This document shows positions 21,758-32,282 of a stretch of DNA of 64,000 nt, piece after piece. The DNA is taken from positions 186,001-250,000 of the forward strand of contig CDROCS010001143.1 of the NCBI GenBank assembly GCA_977020255.1, written 5' to 3'. The position numbers and the translations under genes were made by a program. The notes beneath the pieces were generated by a model. It did no database searches. It was not told the origin of the DNA and was given only the letters and a program-made list of their open reading frames with translations. How positions within the stretch are numbered: the stretch's first letter is position 1; every line of letters starts with the position of its first letter. Source of the stretch: Obrimoposthia wandeli (Eukaryota).

Positions 21758-23050
21758 CTATTTTTTATTAAACTCTCTGACAATCACTAGCCCTTTAATC
21801 AAACTTACCGCTTCGTGTAATTGAAAATCAGTATTGATTAGGTCAGACTTTAAAGGCGCTTTCTCAGCTTCTTCACCATTGTTTAAATGACCTGCTAAAT
21901 CTTTTTCTTTTAAAGCTCTTGAACTCTTTTTTTCTTGAACATCCGCTTGTTCAACAAAGATATCAGGTACTATGCCTTGTGCTTGAATTGAGCGGCCACT
22001 AGGGGTGAAATATTTAGCTGTCGTTAATTTGATAGCACGATCACCTGTAAGCTGTAACACCGTCTGTACAGAGCCTTTACCAAAACTATTAGTTCCCATG
22101 ATAATCGCTCGGTTTTTATCCTGCAGGGCACCTGCAACAATTTCAGAAGCAGAAGCTGATCCACCATTGATCAAAATAACCATAGGAATATCTCCTACAG
22201 ACATTTCTTGGGTTGCATTAAATGACATTTGCGAACTTGCCAAGCGCCCTTTTGTCGACACTATCACCCCTTGGCTAACAAAGGCATCTGACACGTCCAC
22301 CGCACCGCGCAACACGCCTCCTGGGTTATTACGCAAGTCCAAAACAACCCCTGTTAAAGGGGCTTTTTGACTCATAGTACGCAACTTTTTATTTAAGTCT
22401 CTAGCGGTATAATGTTGAAACTGGCTGATGCGCACATAAGCTATACCCTCCTCCAAAAAACGAGACCTCACACTCGTAACATTAATTAAAGCGCGCTTTA
22501 AGCTAATATCAAAGGCTGATTTTTCACTATCGCGTACGATAGTTAATACAATTTCTGAACCTACATCACCCCGCATTAAAGCTATCGCTTTTTCAACCCC
22601 AATTGATTGAATAATCTCGCCGTCAATTTTGATAATTAAATCGCCGGGCATTACCCCAGCACTCTCAGCTGGGGTGTCATCAATCGGTGTAATCACTCGA
22701 ATAACGCCATCTTCTTGGCTTATTTCGATACCTACGCCACCAAACTGCCCCGAGGTTTGTATTTGCAGCTCTGAATATTCATTGGGTGCTAAATACGATG
22801 AATGAGGATCCAAACCAGATAACATACCCGCGATAGCATCTTCAATTAATTTGCTATCTGAAACAGGCTCCACATACGCTTTTTTAATACGATCGAAAAC
22901 CTCGCCAAATCGCCGCAATTGCGCTAATGGCAGATTTTTTTCAATCAGTTCATTTTTCCCTGTCGCTGCACTTTTTTCAGCAGCTAACAGCGCTGGAGAT
23001 GCTAGAGATATCAAAGATCCTACTAACACAGTCAACAATACTTTATACAT
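21758..23050 (-). CDS. ctpA: Carboxyl-terminal processing protease (S41)
   Basis: LDPHSSY, PDZ domain, DLRNNPGG, GSASASEIVAGALQD and FGKGSVQ motifs. Confidence 0.95.
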   Translation of the reverse strand: MYKVLLTVLVGSLISLASPALLAAEKSAATGKNELIEKNLPLAQLRRFGEVFDRIKKAYVEPVSDSKLIEDAIAGMLSGLDPHSSYLAPNEYSELQIQTSGQFGGVGIEISQEDGVIRVITPIDDTPAESAGVMPGDLIIKIDGEIIQSIGVEKAIALMRGDVGSEIVLTIVRDSEKSAFDISLKRALINVTSVRSRFLEEGIAYVRISQFQHYTARDLNKKLRTMSQKAPLTGVVLDLRNNPGGVLRGAVDVSDAFVSQGVIVSTKGRLASSQMSFNATQEMSVGDIPMVILINGGSASASEIVAGALQDKNRAIIMGTNSFGKGSVQTVLQLTGDRAIKLTTAKYFTPSGRSIQAQGIVPDIFVEQADVQEKKSSRALKEKDLAGHLNNGEEAEKAPLKSDLINTDFQLHEAVSLIKGLVIVREFNKK

Positions 23051-23221
23051 ATTTAAATCCCTATTTATGCCTAATGTGGCACACTTTGAAGCCGTTAATA
23101 TCTACAGCAACTTACCCGATACGCTACCTACCTTAATTACGCCAACTACCTGAATGCTCTTTATTTTTCTTTATGCTTTTTTAATTATTTAGCTCTATAC
23201 ACTGCTCTTTTCGCTAGCGTA

Positions 23222-24451
23222 TTAACGCCGCGTTAGCCAACGTTTAGGATTGGTTGTTTGCCCATTGCGCCTAATTGAAAAATATAATCCTGAACGTTGA
23301 TTACCACCACTACTACCCACTAATGCAATTATTTCACCGGGGAAAACTGACTGACCTACCTTTTTATTCAACTGATCATTATGGCCATATAACGTTAAGT
23401 AGCCAGCACCGTGATCGACAATAAGTACCATACCATAACTGCGTAACCAATCAGCAAAAACAACCTTGCCTGTGTGCACCGCTGTAACTGCACTGCCTTG
23501 TGCTGCGCGTATTAAAATCCCATCATAAGCTAAGTTATTCTCTTTAGAGCCAAACGAGCGCACGACCTTGCCTTTAGCAGGCCACCTTAACTTACCTTTC
23601 AACGTCTTAAAAGAGCGATTATCTACCACTTTAACTTGCTGTTTTACCGTTTCTTTTCCAGCAGGTTTAGGAATTACTTGCTTTGCTGCCTTAGCGGCTT
23701 TGTTTACCGCTTTTTCTATACGCGTTATGACCTTCTGTAAGCGCTTTTTATCCGCGCTCACTTTTTTAATTTTTGTATTTTTTTTACTTATTCTAATGTC
23801 ATAAATTTGTAAGTTTTTTTTGCGCTGTATACGGGTATTTTTTTGAGCCAACTGATTTTTTTTTAAGCGTTTTCTTTCTTTAAGAAGCTGTTTTTCAGTT
23901 AAATCTATATTGTGATCGTTTAGCTTATGTGACGCCAGTAGTGTTCGATAGTCAATTACTTGCTGATTCTGGAAAGCTTGGATCTTTTCAAAATAAAGCA
24001 ACATTCTAGATACTTGTTCCGGGTCTTGCTGATTAATCAGTAGCTTTAAAGGTGTTTGCTGACCCATTTGATACCGCTGCTTGATCAACAAGTTTAGCTT
24101 ATCTTGCTGTGCATCTAACTGCTGCTGCAAGTTTTTTTTATTGGCTAAATACCCTTGCAGCTTTTTCTTTCTTTTAGCTAACGCTTTATTGATAAGGCTA
24201 ATTTCTTCGCCTAATTGAGCAATACTCTGATCATTCTTTTGTAGTGCACGCTCTTCAGCAGAACGTTTGGAACGCTCCTGCTTAAGCTCTTTTTGCAACT
24301 TCTTTAATGTTCTTTGTAACTGTTGTGCCTGTTGCTGGCTTTTTTTAACCGACTGAGCAGCACCAACTTGAGTTGACCCGATAGCAAAGACTACCACCAA
24401 AATCAACAAAAGTGAGTACATACAGCAATAGCGTTTACCTCTTGTTAACAA
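23222..24451 (-). CDS. envC: Murein hydrolase activator EnvC
   Basis: Signal peptide, long coiled coil, degenerate M23 domain (LYFSIRR); located between gpmI and ctpA. Confidence 0.9.
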   Translation of the reverse strand: MLTRGKRYCCMYSLLLILVVVFAIGSTQVGAAQSVKKSQQQAQQLQRTLKKLQKELKQERSKRSAEERALQKNDQSIAQLGEEISLINKALAKRKKKLQGYLANKKNLQQQLDAQQDKLNLLIKQRYQMGQQTPLKLLINQQDPEQVSRMLLYFEKIQAFQNQQVIDYRTLLASHKLNDHNIDLTEKQLLKERKRLKKNQLAQKNTRIQRKKNLQIYDIRISKKNTKIKKVSADKKRLQKVITRIEKAVNKAAKAAKQVIPKPAGKETVKQQVKVVDNRSFKTLKGKLRWPAKGKVVRSFGSKENNLAYDGILIRAAQGSAVTAVHTGKVVFADWLRSYGMVLIVDHGAGYLTLYGHNDQLNKKVGQSVFPGEIIALVGSSGGNQRSGLYFSIRRNGQTTNPKRWLTRR

Positions 24452-25985
24452 GGGAGACTCCCGTCATCTCGCTAGGTTTAGCCAAATTCATTAGTGCTAA
24501 TAGGGTAGGCGCTAAATCGCATAGTGCTCCATCTTTTAAGCTTAACTGCGAATTCTTTGGACCATCGTAAACTAAACCAACCGGAAATATAGTATGCGAA
24601 GTATGAGCTTGTCCCGTCTGTTCATTAACCATCATCTCTACATTGCCATGATCAGCCGTAACCAAAGTTTGACCACCCACTTGGCTCATTGCTTGCAGCA
24701 CTTTACCCAATGCTAAATCGACCGCTTCGACCGCTTCAACCGCCGCTGAGAAAACTCCCGTGTGTCCCACCATGTCTGGATTGGCAAAGTTACAAATAAT
24801 AAGATCGAATGATTGATTTTTAATCGCAGCACACAGTTTTTCGGTGAGCTCTGGAGCACTCATTTGCGGTTGCAAATCATAAGTTGCTACATTAGGGGAA
24901 GGCACTAAAATTCGTTGTTCACCCGGGTATTCTGCTTCCTGTCCACCATTAAAAAAGAAAGTTACATGGGCGTACTTTTCCGTCTCAGCAATGCGCAACT
25001 GAGTTTTTCCTAAACTAGCAACGTATTCGCCTATATCATTACTAATCTTATTCGGAAGATAAGCACAACTAGCACTAATATCGACTGCGTATTGAGTGAA
25101 CATCACATATTCAGCTAGTTGAACATACTGTTTACGCTCAAAATGATTAAAATCGGTTTCAGTAAATGCCCTAGTGATTTCTCTTGATCTATCAGGTCTA
25201 AAATTAAAACAAATAACACTGTCACCATCTTTAACTCGCCCATCTAGCTCATCGATACAAGTAGCACTGACGAATTCATCATTTTCATCACGCAAATAAG
25301 CTTCTTGCAGAGCACTTTCGGCACTTTTACTGGTATATTTTGCAACGCCATTTACCATCGCATTATAAGCTTGCTCTACTCTATCCCAGCGGTTATCTCT
25401 ATCCATTGCAAAGTATCTACCAACAATAGAAGCAATACCGCCTTGCGATAGCTTCGGTTGTAACTGTTCAAAAAGTTGCTGCGCTTGGATAATTGAAGAT
25501 TCAGCGAATCTTGGAGGCATGTCACGACCGTCAAGTATTGCGTGTAAAAACACTTTTTTCGCACCGCGTTCGACGGCCATTTTAATCGCTGCAAAACAAT
25601 GATCTTGATGCGAGTGAACACCACCGGGTGATAACAAACCCGTAAAATGAACCGCACCATCATTTACAATTGCTTTATCTATCGCACTGATTAACACAGG
25701 GTTTTGCTGAAAACTACCCTCTTCTATTGCTTTGGAAATGCGCGTTAAATTTTGATAAACGACACGGCCCGCACCTATATTCATATGGCCAACTTCAGAG
25801 TTGCCCATTTGTCCATCAGGTAAACCTACCGCTTCACCTGATGTTTTAACAAGACTGTTGGGATTGTTTGCCATCAATTTATCCCACACCGGAGTATTTG
25901 CCACTGTAATTGCTGAGGATTCAGTCTCTTCAATGCCAAATCCGTCTAATATTATGAGCGCAGTAGGTGTTTTTAAACCAGTCAT
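24435..25985 (-). CDS. gpmI: 2,3-bisphosphoglycerate-independent phosphoglycerate mutase
   Basis: LIILDGFG, GQMGNSEVGH, AETEKYAHVTFF and TADHGN motifs; start taken at MTGLK. Confidence 0.97.
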   Translation of the reverse strand: MTGLKTPTALIILDGFGIEETESSAITVANTPVWDKLMANNPNSLVKTSGEAVGLPDGQMGNSEVGHMNIGAGRVVYQNLTRISKAIEEGSFQQNPVLISAIDKAIVNDGAVHFTGLLSPGGVHSHQDHCFAAIKMAVERGAKKVFLHAILDGRDMPPRFAESSIIQAQQLFEQLQPKLSQGGIASIVGRYFAMDRDNRWDRVEQAYNAMVNGVAKYTSKSAESALQEAYLRDENDEFVSATCIDELDGRVKDGDSVICFNFRPDRSREITRAFTETDFNHFERKQYVQLAEYVMFTQYAVDISASCAYLPNKISNDIGEYVASLGKTQLRIAETEKYAHVTFFFNGGQEAEYPGEQRILVPSPNVATYDLQPQMSAPELTEKLCAAIKNQSFDLIICNFANPDMVGHTGVFSAAVEAVEAVDLALGKVLQAMSQVGGQTLVTADHGNVEMMVNEQTGQAHTSHTIFPVGLVYDGPKNSQLSLKDGALCDLAPTLLALMNLAKPSEMTGVSLVNKR

Positions 25986-26311
25986 TGTTGTCGTTTCCTG
26001 TTTGCTATATTTAGTTAAGGTCATTTTATAGTACTAAGTACTAGTGCCCTAATAATCAGAGGGTTATCCTACCGAAAAAAGTTTCTCGCTAACAGTAAAC
26101 TCATTGCATAATTGCGCTTTTATAAGTGACACACAGGCTCATTTGACGCATTCATTTAGTTTACTATTTCACTGCACAGCTTTTTCAACGTTAAAATCTT
26201 TTCTCAGTTGTTAATTACACATAATTGTTGATTATATTCTGCAGGGCCTTATCAGCACTATATTGCCCATGTATACTTGGGCGCTGTAATTTTTGTCAAT
26301 CAAGGTAAAAA

Positions 26312-26725
26312 ATGGAACAAATAATCGAATTTATCACTAATAACTACTTATTAGTTGTGGCTTTCTTACTTGCTTTAGGCATGTTGGTATTTAGTGAAAG
26401 CAAAAAAGGTGGCGCATCAGTAAGCACTACTGAAGCAGTACAGCTTATTAATAAGCAAGATGCAATATTACTCGATATTCGCGGTAAAAAAGAATGGGAA
26501 ACAGGTGCTATCACCAATTCTATTCATATGCCACTAGTCGATATTGACAAACGTATTGGCGAGCTAGAAAAGTATAAGAGCAAAGATGTCATTGTTATTT
26601 GTAACATGGGGCAAACATCAGGCACTGCATGCAAAAAATTAATGGCTGCTGGTTTCGAAAAAGTTGTGCGTCTAAAAGGCGGTATCGTTGAGTGGAAAGC
26701 TCAAAACTTACCGCTAGTGAAATAA
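26312..26725 (+). CDS. yibN: Rhodanese-like membrane protein (YibN)
   Basis: N-terminal TM segment, LLDIR, VICNMG and LKGGI..W motifs; usual position before grxC. Confidence 0.88.
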   Translation: MEQIIEFITNNYLLVVAFLLALGMLVFSESKKGGASVSTTEAVQLINKQDAILLDIRGKKEWETGAITNSIHMPLVDIDKRIGELEKYKSKDVIVICNMGQTSGTACKKLMAAGFEKVVRLKGGIVEWKAQNLPLVK

Positions 26726-26727
26726 GC

Positions 26728-26985
26728 ATGCCTAAAATAGAAATTTACACCACCAAATATTGCCCTTTTTGTGTGCGCGCCAAAATGCTGTTAACACAAA
26801 AAGGGGCTTCTTTTACAGAGCTTGCTGTAGACAACCTGCCTGAACTGCGTAAAACAATGATGCAGCGCAGCGGTGGTGCTCATACCGTACCGCAAATTTT
26901 TGTTGACGATAAACACATAGGTGGCTGTGACGAGCTCTACGCCCTAGAACGCCAAAGCCAATTAGACAAAATACTCACTCTATAA
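26728..26985 (+). CDS. grxC: Glutaredoxin 3
   Basis: CPFC, TVPQIF and IGGCDEL motifs. Confidence 0.95.
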   Translation: MPKIEIYTTKYCPFCVRAKMLLTQKGASFTELAVDNLPELRKTMMQRSGGAHTVPQIFVDDKHIGGCDELYALERQSQLDKILTL

Positions 26986-27001
26986 TTATTAAGGATTTAC
27001 T

Positions 27002-27469
27002 ATGTCAGAAGAACAAACTCCACAATTTAGTATCCAGCGTATTTATCTTAAAGATTTATCTTTAGAAGCACCAAATAGCCCTAAATCATTCACTCAAGAA
27101 TGGAAACCTGAAATAAACCTTGAGATGAACACCCAGTCGCAGTCACTTGGGGACAATGTATATGAAGTTGTACTAACATTGACAGTGACCGCTAAAAATG
27201 AAGATGAAACTGCTTTTTTAATTGAAGCACAGCAAGCGGGCATTTTCGTTGTATCTGGTATGGAAGAAGCAGAAACACATCACGCTTTAGGTGCTTTTTG
27301 CCCTAACATTCTATTCCCGTATGCAAGAGAAACTATTGATAGCCTAGTAGTTAAAGCGAGCTTCCCTGCACTTATGTTAGCGCCTGTGAACTTCGATGCA
27401 CTGTTTGCTCAGCAAATGGAGCAAATGCAAAAAGAAGCTAGCGCTAGCCTAGAAGACACACAGCACTAA
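27002..27469 (+). CDS. secB: Protein export chaperone SecB
   Basis: [13 protein letters not shown] and [11 protein letters not shown] motifs. Confidence 0.97.
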   Translation: MSEEQTPQFSIQRIYLKDLSLEAPNSPKSFTQEWKPEINLEMNTQSQSLGDNVYEVVLTLTVTAKNEDETAFLIEAQQAGIFVVSGMEEAETHHALGAFCPNILFPYARETIDSLVVKASFPALMLAPVNFDALFAQQMEQMQKEASASLEDTQH

Positions 27470-27487
27470 GCATATTTTTTTCTATTT

Positions 27488-27523
27488 CGGTTAAATTAAT
27501 AAATTCATTTATTAGTTTAACCG
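27488..27523. terminator. AT-rich hairpin between convergent secB and M14 peptidase genes
   Basis: CGGTTAAATTAATAAAT-TC-ATTTATTAGTTTAACCG inverted repeat. Confidence 0.45.
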
Positions 27524-27574
27524 CTATATCTATACCCTCTTGATAGCTTTGCTTCTCAACCCGCTGTTACTTAT

Positions 27575-28465
27575 TCATTGCCTATTTTCTATCAATGCCA
27601 CTATTTCTTTTGATTTTGTCTTCACTTTAATCCAACGCACTAAATCAACCCACATAGTTGAAATTTGACCTTTTTTAGGCATTATGCCAGCGTGTTCTAG
27701 CTCTATTGTCATCACGGGAATTTCTTTAATATTGTAACCGTAATTACCTAGCGACCCAGGGTATGTACCTAATTGATGCAGCTGTAGAGGTCCCAATCGT
27801 TTGGGCGGGTTTACTTTTCCATCGAAATCCAAAATGCCATGAGGAGCATGTACTGAGACAATAACAGTAGGCTTTAATTCATCGATTAACTGATGAATGG
27901 CTGCAGATTCAGGCTCGCTTAAAGGTTCTTCTCCAGGATAATAGCGCTGCCTAAGCTTGGTTTTATCGCGCCAATGATCAATAGCTTTAATACGACCTTG
28001 TGCCGTTAAAAAGTTGCGGTTTAAATCTATTTCATTAGCATTAACACGAGTGGATTTCTTTTTAAGTAAACCATCTGGGTTCACTAGGGGGACAAAGTGC
28101 CAATCATAGGCTCCACTATGATACTTACTTAATGTTTTTAACCATTTGAATGTAACACTAACACTTGAATATTCATCACCGTGAATCCCCCCTATAAACA
28201 GGATTTTAGGCGCATATTTCACGTTTTTATTGGCTTTAAAGTGTTTTTCTAATAAAGGCAAACCATTCACTGAATAAAAGCGCGGCTCGTTGAAGTTTAG
28301 CTTAAAGCACTCTTTAGCAGAAACACTCGATAGCTTAGCACCAATTTTTTCACATAGCTCAGCACTACTTACTTGTTTAGCAGCATATACACCACTAACA
28401 ATCGTTAAAGAAAGCGTACTTACGAAGATGTTTAGATAGATAGAATTAATTTTCATCGATTTCAA
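27575..28465 (-). CDS. M14 zinc carboxypeptidase, MpaA-like, with predicted signal peptide
   Basis: GGIHGDE, DLNRNF, VSVHAP and TIELE motifs; hydrophobic N-terminus. Confidence 0.85.
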   Translation of the reverse strand: MKSMKINSIYLNIFVSTLSLTIVSGVYAAKQVSSAELCEKIGAKLSSVSAKECFKLNFNEPRFYSVNGLPLLEKHFKANKNVKYAPKILFIGGIHGDEYSSVSVTFKWLKTLSKYHSGAYDWHFVPLVNPDGLLKKKSTRVNANEIDLNRNFLTAQGRIKAIDHWRDKTKLRQRYYPGEEPLSEPESAAIHQLIDELKPTVIVSVHAPHGILDFDGKVNPPKRLGPLQLHQLGTYPGSLGNYGYNIKEIPVMTIELEHAGIMPKKGQISTMWVDLVRWIKVKTKSKEIVALIENRQ

Positions 28466-28600
28466 ACTGTAGCCAGATAACCTTAAAAAACTGCTGCTCT
28501 TTCAATAACACCAGCAGCAAAGAAAATAAACCCACCCTTTATACACTGATTACTAATGCCCTGCGATACGCATATTCAACATGGGTTTAAATGTACGTGT

Positions 28601-29068
28601 TTACACGCCGCTCTCAGCATAACCAAGCTGGCGCCATGCTTCATAAACTGTGACTGCACAGGCATTTGACAGATTCAAACTGCGACTATTTGCCATCATT
28701 GGTAGCTTTAACCACTGCTCTTCGGGAATCGCTTCGCGCACATCAACTGGCAATCCTCTGGTTTCCGGTCCAAATAGTAATATATCTCCGGCGTTAAACC
28801 GAGCATCACTATGCGTCATTTTTGCTTTGGTCGTCATAGCCCAAATTTTTGCATTAGGCAGATATTTTAAACAAGCTGCCAAATTCGCATGAATTTTCAT
28901 ATTTGCAAACTCAGCATAATCCAAACCTGCGCGGCGCATTCGCTTATCCTCTAGTGCAAACCCTAATGGCTCAATTAAATGTAATTGAAAACCGGTATTA
29001 GCACACAGTCTAATAATATTTCCGGTATTAGGTGGAATTTCTGGTTCGAAAAGCACAACATTTAACAT
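28601..29068 (-). CDS. trmL: tRNA (cytidine/uridine-2'-O)-methyltransferase TrmL
   Basis: [24 protein letters not shown] and RSLNLSN motifs. Confidence 0.96.
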   Translation of the reverse strand: MLNVVLFEPEIPPNTGNIIRLCANTGFQLHLIEPLGFALEDKRMRRAGLDYAEFANMKIHANLAACLKYLPNAKIWAMTTKAKMTHSDARFNAGDILLFGPETRGLPVDVREAIPEEQWLKLPMMANSRSLNLSNACAVTVYEAWRQLGYAESGV

Positions 29069-29119
29069 TGGTTACTCCAAGATGAGACATGGCTACTTTA
29101 AAAATTGGCTTATATTATA

Positions 29120-30529
29120 CTAAATCCCCAGCTCTTTTAACTTTCTCGTTAATGTATTTCTCCCCCAGCCTAGTAATTTAGCCGCTTCTTGCTTTCGGCC
29201 TTTAGTATGCTCTAGTGCAGCGTTGACCATGACTGTTTCGAAATTTGGCAATGCTGCTTGTAGTACCTTTTGTTGCCCTAAACGCAACTCCTGTTGCACC
29301 CAAAAAGAGAGTAATTCTTCCCAAGTTTCATTTTTTCCAGGACTGTGTGCTCGGTGATTACTTTGCTCTATTTTTAATTCTGGTGGCATGTCTTGTACTA
29401 ATACTTCTCGCCCGGCACACATAACCGTTAACCAACGACATGTATTCTCTAGCTGGCGGACATTTCCAGGCCAAGGCAAAGATTGAAAAAACAATTCTGC
29501 TTGCTCTGATAGTATTTTACTTTCTACTTCCATCTCTTTAGCAGCTTTTAGTAAAAAATGACTCGCTAGTTTAATGATATCTTCTCTTCTAGCCGACAGA
29601 TTTGGTAAGTGAATTCTAATCACATTAAGCCGATGAAACAGATCTTCTCTAAATTTACCTTTACCTACAAGCTCCTCTAAGTTCTGATGAGTTGCAGTGA
29701 TAATTCTGACGTCGACTTTAACGCTTGTATGCCCGCCTACTCGGTAAAACTCTCCATCGGCTAGCACTCTTAAAAGTCGTGTTTGCGCTTCGGCCGGCAT
29801 ATCCCCTATCTCATCTAGAAATAAAGAACCTCCGTTAGCTTGCTCAAAGCGCCCTCTCCTTGCACTGTTCGCCCCTGTGAACGCACCCTTTTCATGACCA
29901 AATAACTCTGATTCTATTAAATCTTTAGGGATAGCAGCCATATTCAATGCGATAAATTCATTATTTTTCCTAGGGCTATGGTAGTGCAGAGCATGCGCAA
30001 CTAACTCTTTACCTGTTCCTGATTCACCATTAATCAATACCGTGATATTTGACTTTGCAAGACGTCCTATTGCACGAAACACTTCCTGCATTGCAGGAGA
30101 TTCTCCAATAATTTCAGTACTTTGCCTAACCTCTTCATCCGCTTGCTGAGCACTTAATTCTGTCGAAAACGCAAGCGCGCGATCAATAATTGCAACGGCA
30201 TCGTCAATATCAAAAGGTTTAGGCAAATACTCAAAAGCTCCTCCTTGATAGGATGCAACAGCGCTATCTAAATCAGAACGAGCTGTCATAATGACAGTCG
30301 GTATTTTAGGATAATGCTGTGTTAAATAATCCAGCAACTGCAAACCATCAGTTCCTGGCATACGTATATCGCTAATAATTACATCTGGGAGCTGAGTTTT
30401 CAGCTGCTCAATTAATAAATCCGCACTTTCAAACGAGCGCGTTTTAATATTATTAGTAGTTAATGACTTCTCTAAAACCCAACGAATAGAAGTATCATCA
30501 TCGGAAATCCACACTAACGATTCTTTCAC
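29120..30529 (-). CDS. ntrC: Nitrogen regulation response regulator NtrC
   Basis: REC domain, [21 protein letters not shown] and C-terminal [14 protein letters not shown]. Confidence 0.97.
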   Translation of the reverse strand: MKESLVWISDDDTSIRWVLEKSLTTNNIKTRSFESADLLIEQLKTQLPDVIISDIRMPGTDGLQLLDYLTQHYPKIPTVIMTARSDLDSAVASYQGGAFEYLPKPFDIDDAVAIIDRALAFSTELSAQQADEEVRQSTEIIGESPAMQEVFRAIGRLAKSNITVLINGESGTGKELVAHALHYHSPRKNNEFIALNMAAIPKDLIESELFGHEKGAFTGANSARRGRFEQANGGSLFLDEIGDMPAEAQTRLLRVLADGEFYRVGGHTSVKVDVRIITATHQNLEELVGKGKFREDLFHRLNVIRIHLPNLSARREDIIKLASHFLLKAAKEMEVESKILSEQAELFFQSLPWPGNVRQLENTCRWLTVMCAGREVLVQDMPPELKIEQSNHRAHSPGKNETWEELLSFWVQQELRLGQQKVLQAALPNFETVMVNAALEHTKGRKQEAAKLLGWGRNTLTRKLKELGI

Positions 30530-30637
30530 TACATACTCCTCATGTTGATTTCAAGTGTTTAAAAAACAGTTATTTATAGCTATCTGTAAAAACTGCAGCC
30601 AGAGCTATGCTGGAAGCTAACAGGCAAATACCATCAA

Positions 30638-31702
30638 TTAAACATTCAACGGCAACCACATTGAAAACACCGTTTGCCCGTATTCACTTCGACATTCGAT
30701 CAAACCGCCGTGCTGGTTAACGATAGATTGCGCGATGGACAAACCTAAGCCGCTACCATCCGCTCTGCCGCTTATCATTGGGAAAAACATACTATTTTTA
30801 AGCTCTTGATCAATACCAATGCCATTATCTATCACTTCAATCAAGCACACCAGTTTATGCTTAGCCACACCTAAAGTGACCTGGCGCCTAGTGCGCGTGC
30901 GAATGGTAATTTTGGGCCGATCCACTGGGTTTTCTTGTAATGATTGCACTGCATTTAATAATATATTTAAAACCGCTTGTATTAATTGGCTTCTATCTGC
31001 GTGTAATTCGGGAATACTTGGGTCGTAATCTCGAACTAATTCAATATCACCACTTAGCGCTGCAACAGCCAAAATATGCACTCGCTCAAGTACGCTGTGT
31101 ACATTTATAGCAGCTAACTCCGGTCGCGTTCTTGGCCCAAGCAACTTATCCACTAAATCCCGTAACCTATCCGCCTCATCGATGATCACTTGTGTATATT
31201 CTTTTAATTCCTTAGTTGCCAATTGTCTTTCTAACAGCTGCGCAGCACCTCGTATCCCGCTAAGTGGGTTTTTAACTTCATGCGCCATACCTCTAACTAA
31301 ATTGCGAGTTGTGGTGTGACGCTCCATCAGCTCTTCTTCTTTTTCAATTCTAAGCAGACGGTCTCGCCCTTGTATTTCCAGTAATAAACAGCTCTTACCT
31401 GTTAACTCAATGGGAGAAACACTATAGTCAATTACCAACTCTTGACCTTTTATGGTGATAATTGAAGCTTCTCGAATCGTATACGGCTGCTTTTCTAACA
31501 GCGCATTATTCAATAATGCTTGCTCTTTTTTATTGAGCATTAGCCATTTAAGCATCGGCATTTTCGCTAACCTACTCGCACTCACACCAATGAGCACTTC
31601 AGCAGAGCTATTCATAAAAACGGCATGCAAACGCTCATCTAACACGATAATGCTAGTTGCTAAGTTACTAACAATACTAGTGTAATCTTCAAGTTTTAAC
31701 AT
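30638..31702 (-). CDS. ntrB: Nitrogen regulation histidine kinase NtrB
   Basis: PAS-like N-terminus, MAHEVKNPL, DNGIG and GSGLGLSIAQ motifs. Confidence 0.96.
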   Translation of the reverse strand: MLKLEDYTSIVSNLATSIIVLDERLHAVFMNSSAEVLIGVSASRLAKMPMLKWLMLNKKEQALLNNALLEKQPYTIREASIITIKGQELVIDYSVSPIELTGKSCLLLEIQGRDRLLRIEKEEELMERHTTTRNLVRGMAHEVKNPLSGIRGAAQLLERQLATKELKEYTQVIIDEADRLRDLVDKLLGPRTRPELAAINVHSVLERVHILAVAALSGDIELVRDYDPSIPELHADRSQLIQAVLNILLNAVQSLQENPVDRPKITIRTRTRRQVTLGVAKHKLVCLIEVIDNGIGIDQELKNSMFFPMISGRADGSGLGLSIAQSIVNQHGGLIECRSEYGQTVFSMWLPLNV

Positions 31703-31721
31703 ATAAACCAATTAGTTAATG

Positions 31722-31876
31722 TCATTAGTGTCCGGTTTAATTTTTGTTGCTCTCTAACTCATTGATTTTACGTTAAAGGCAAATACTCTTTAGCTAAAAA
31801 ATATCTATTTATCCATGATAGAAAACCACAAATCAATGAGTTAGAGGGCTTACATTTTTTAACCGGACAGCAATGA
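31722..31876. mobile_element. MITE-like inverted-repeat element, family A, copy 1
   Basis: TGTCCGGTT...AACCGGACA outer repeat, perfect 17-bp inner repeat CTCTAACTCATTGATTT/AAATCAATGAGTTAGAG, and a homologous copy at 46986-47136. Confidence 0.75.
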
Positions 31877-32091
31877 GTTAATGTGCATGATTAACACAAT
31901 AAAAGAGCGCTGCTAAGATATAAACATTTAACAGACAAATAAAAACTGCCTACATGGCATACATGGCTAATCGCTTATTTCACTATTAGCAAAATGCTGC
32001 CTAGGTAATTACCATGCTAGATTTAGGACCAGCGAACCCTATGTATGGCTTACTATTAATAACAGACAGTATATTCAAACAGATAATAACT

Positions 32092-32108
32092 TGCACCACT
32101 TTAGTGCA
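32092..32108. promoter_or_regulatory. NtrC box upstream of ntrB
   Basis: TGCACCACTTTAGTGCA matches TGCACC-N5-GGTGCA with one mismatch; position equivalent to the glnLp operator. Confidence 0.8.
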
Positions 32109-32134
32109 CCCATCAAAAACACCATGGATTTCGC

Positions 32135-32165
32135 AAAAAAAAGCCCCTTTAATACTAAAGAGGCT
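32135..32165 (-). terminator. Rho-independent terminator of glnA
   Basis: Minus strand AGCCTCTTTA-GTAT-TAAAGGGGCT followed by a T run. Confidence 0.8.
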
Positions 32166-32282
32166 AAATGCGTTGAGCTTAATCTTATCGTTAACTAATT
32201 AGCGACAAGCATAAAACTCTACAATGAAACATACCTTAAAAGTTTATTATTAATAATTCGAGCTAAGCCCGAACCACCATAA

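Noticed and set aside
32014-32202. 62-aa ORF between glnA and ntrB
   Set aside because: It overlaps the NtrC box and glnA terminator on the opposite strand; the region is better explained as regulatory.
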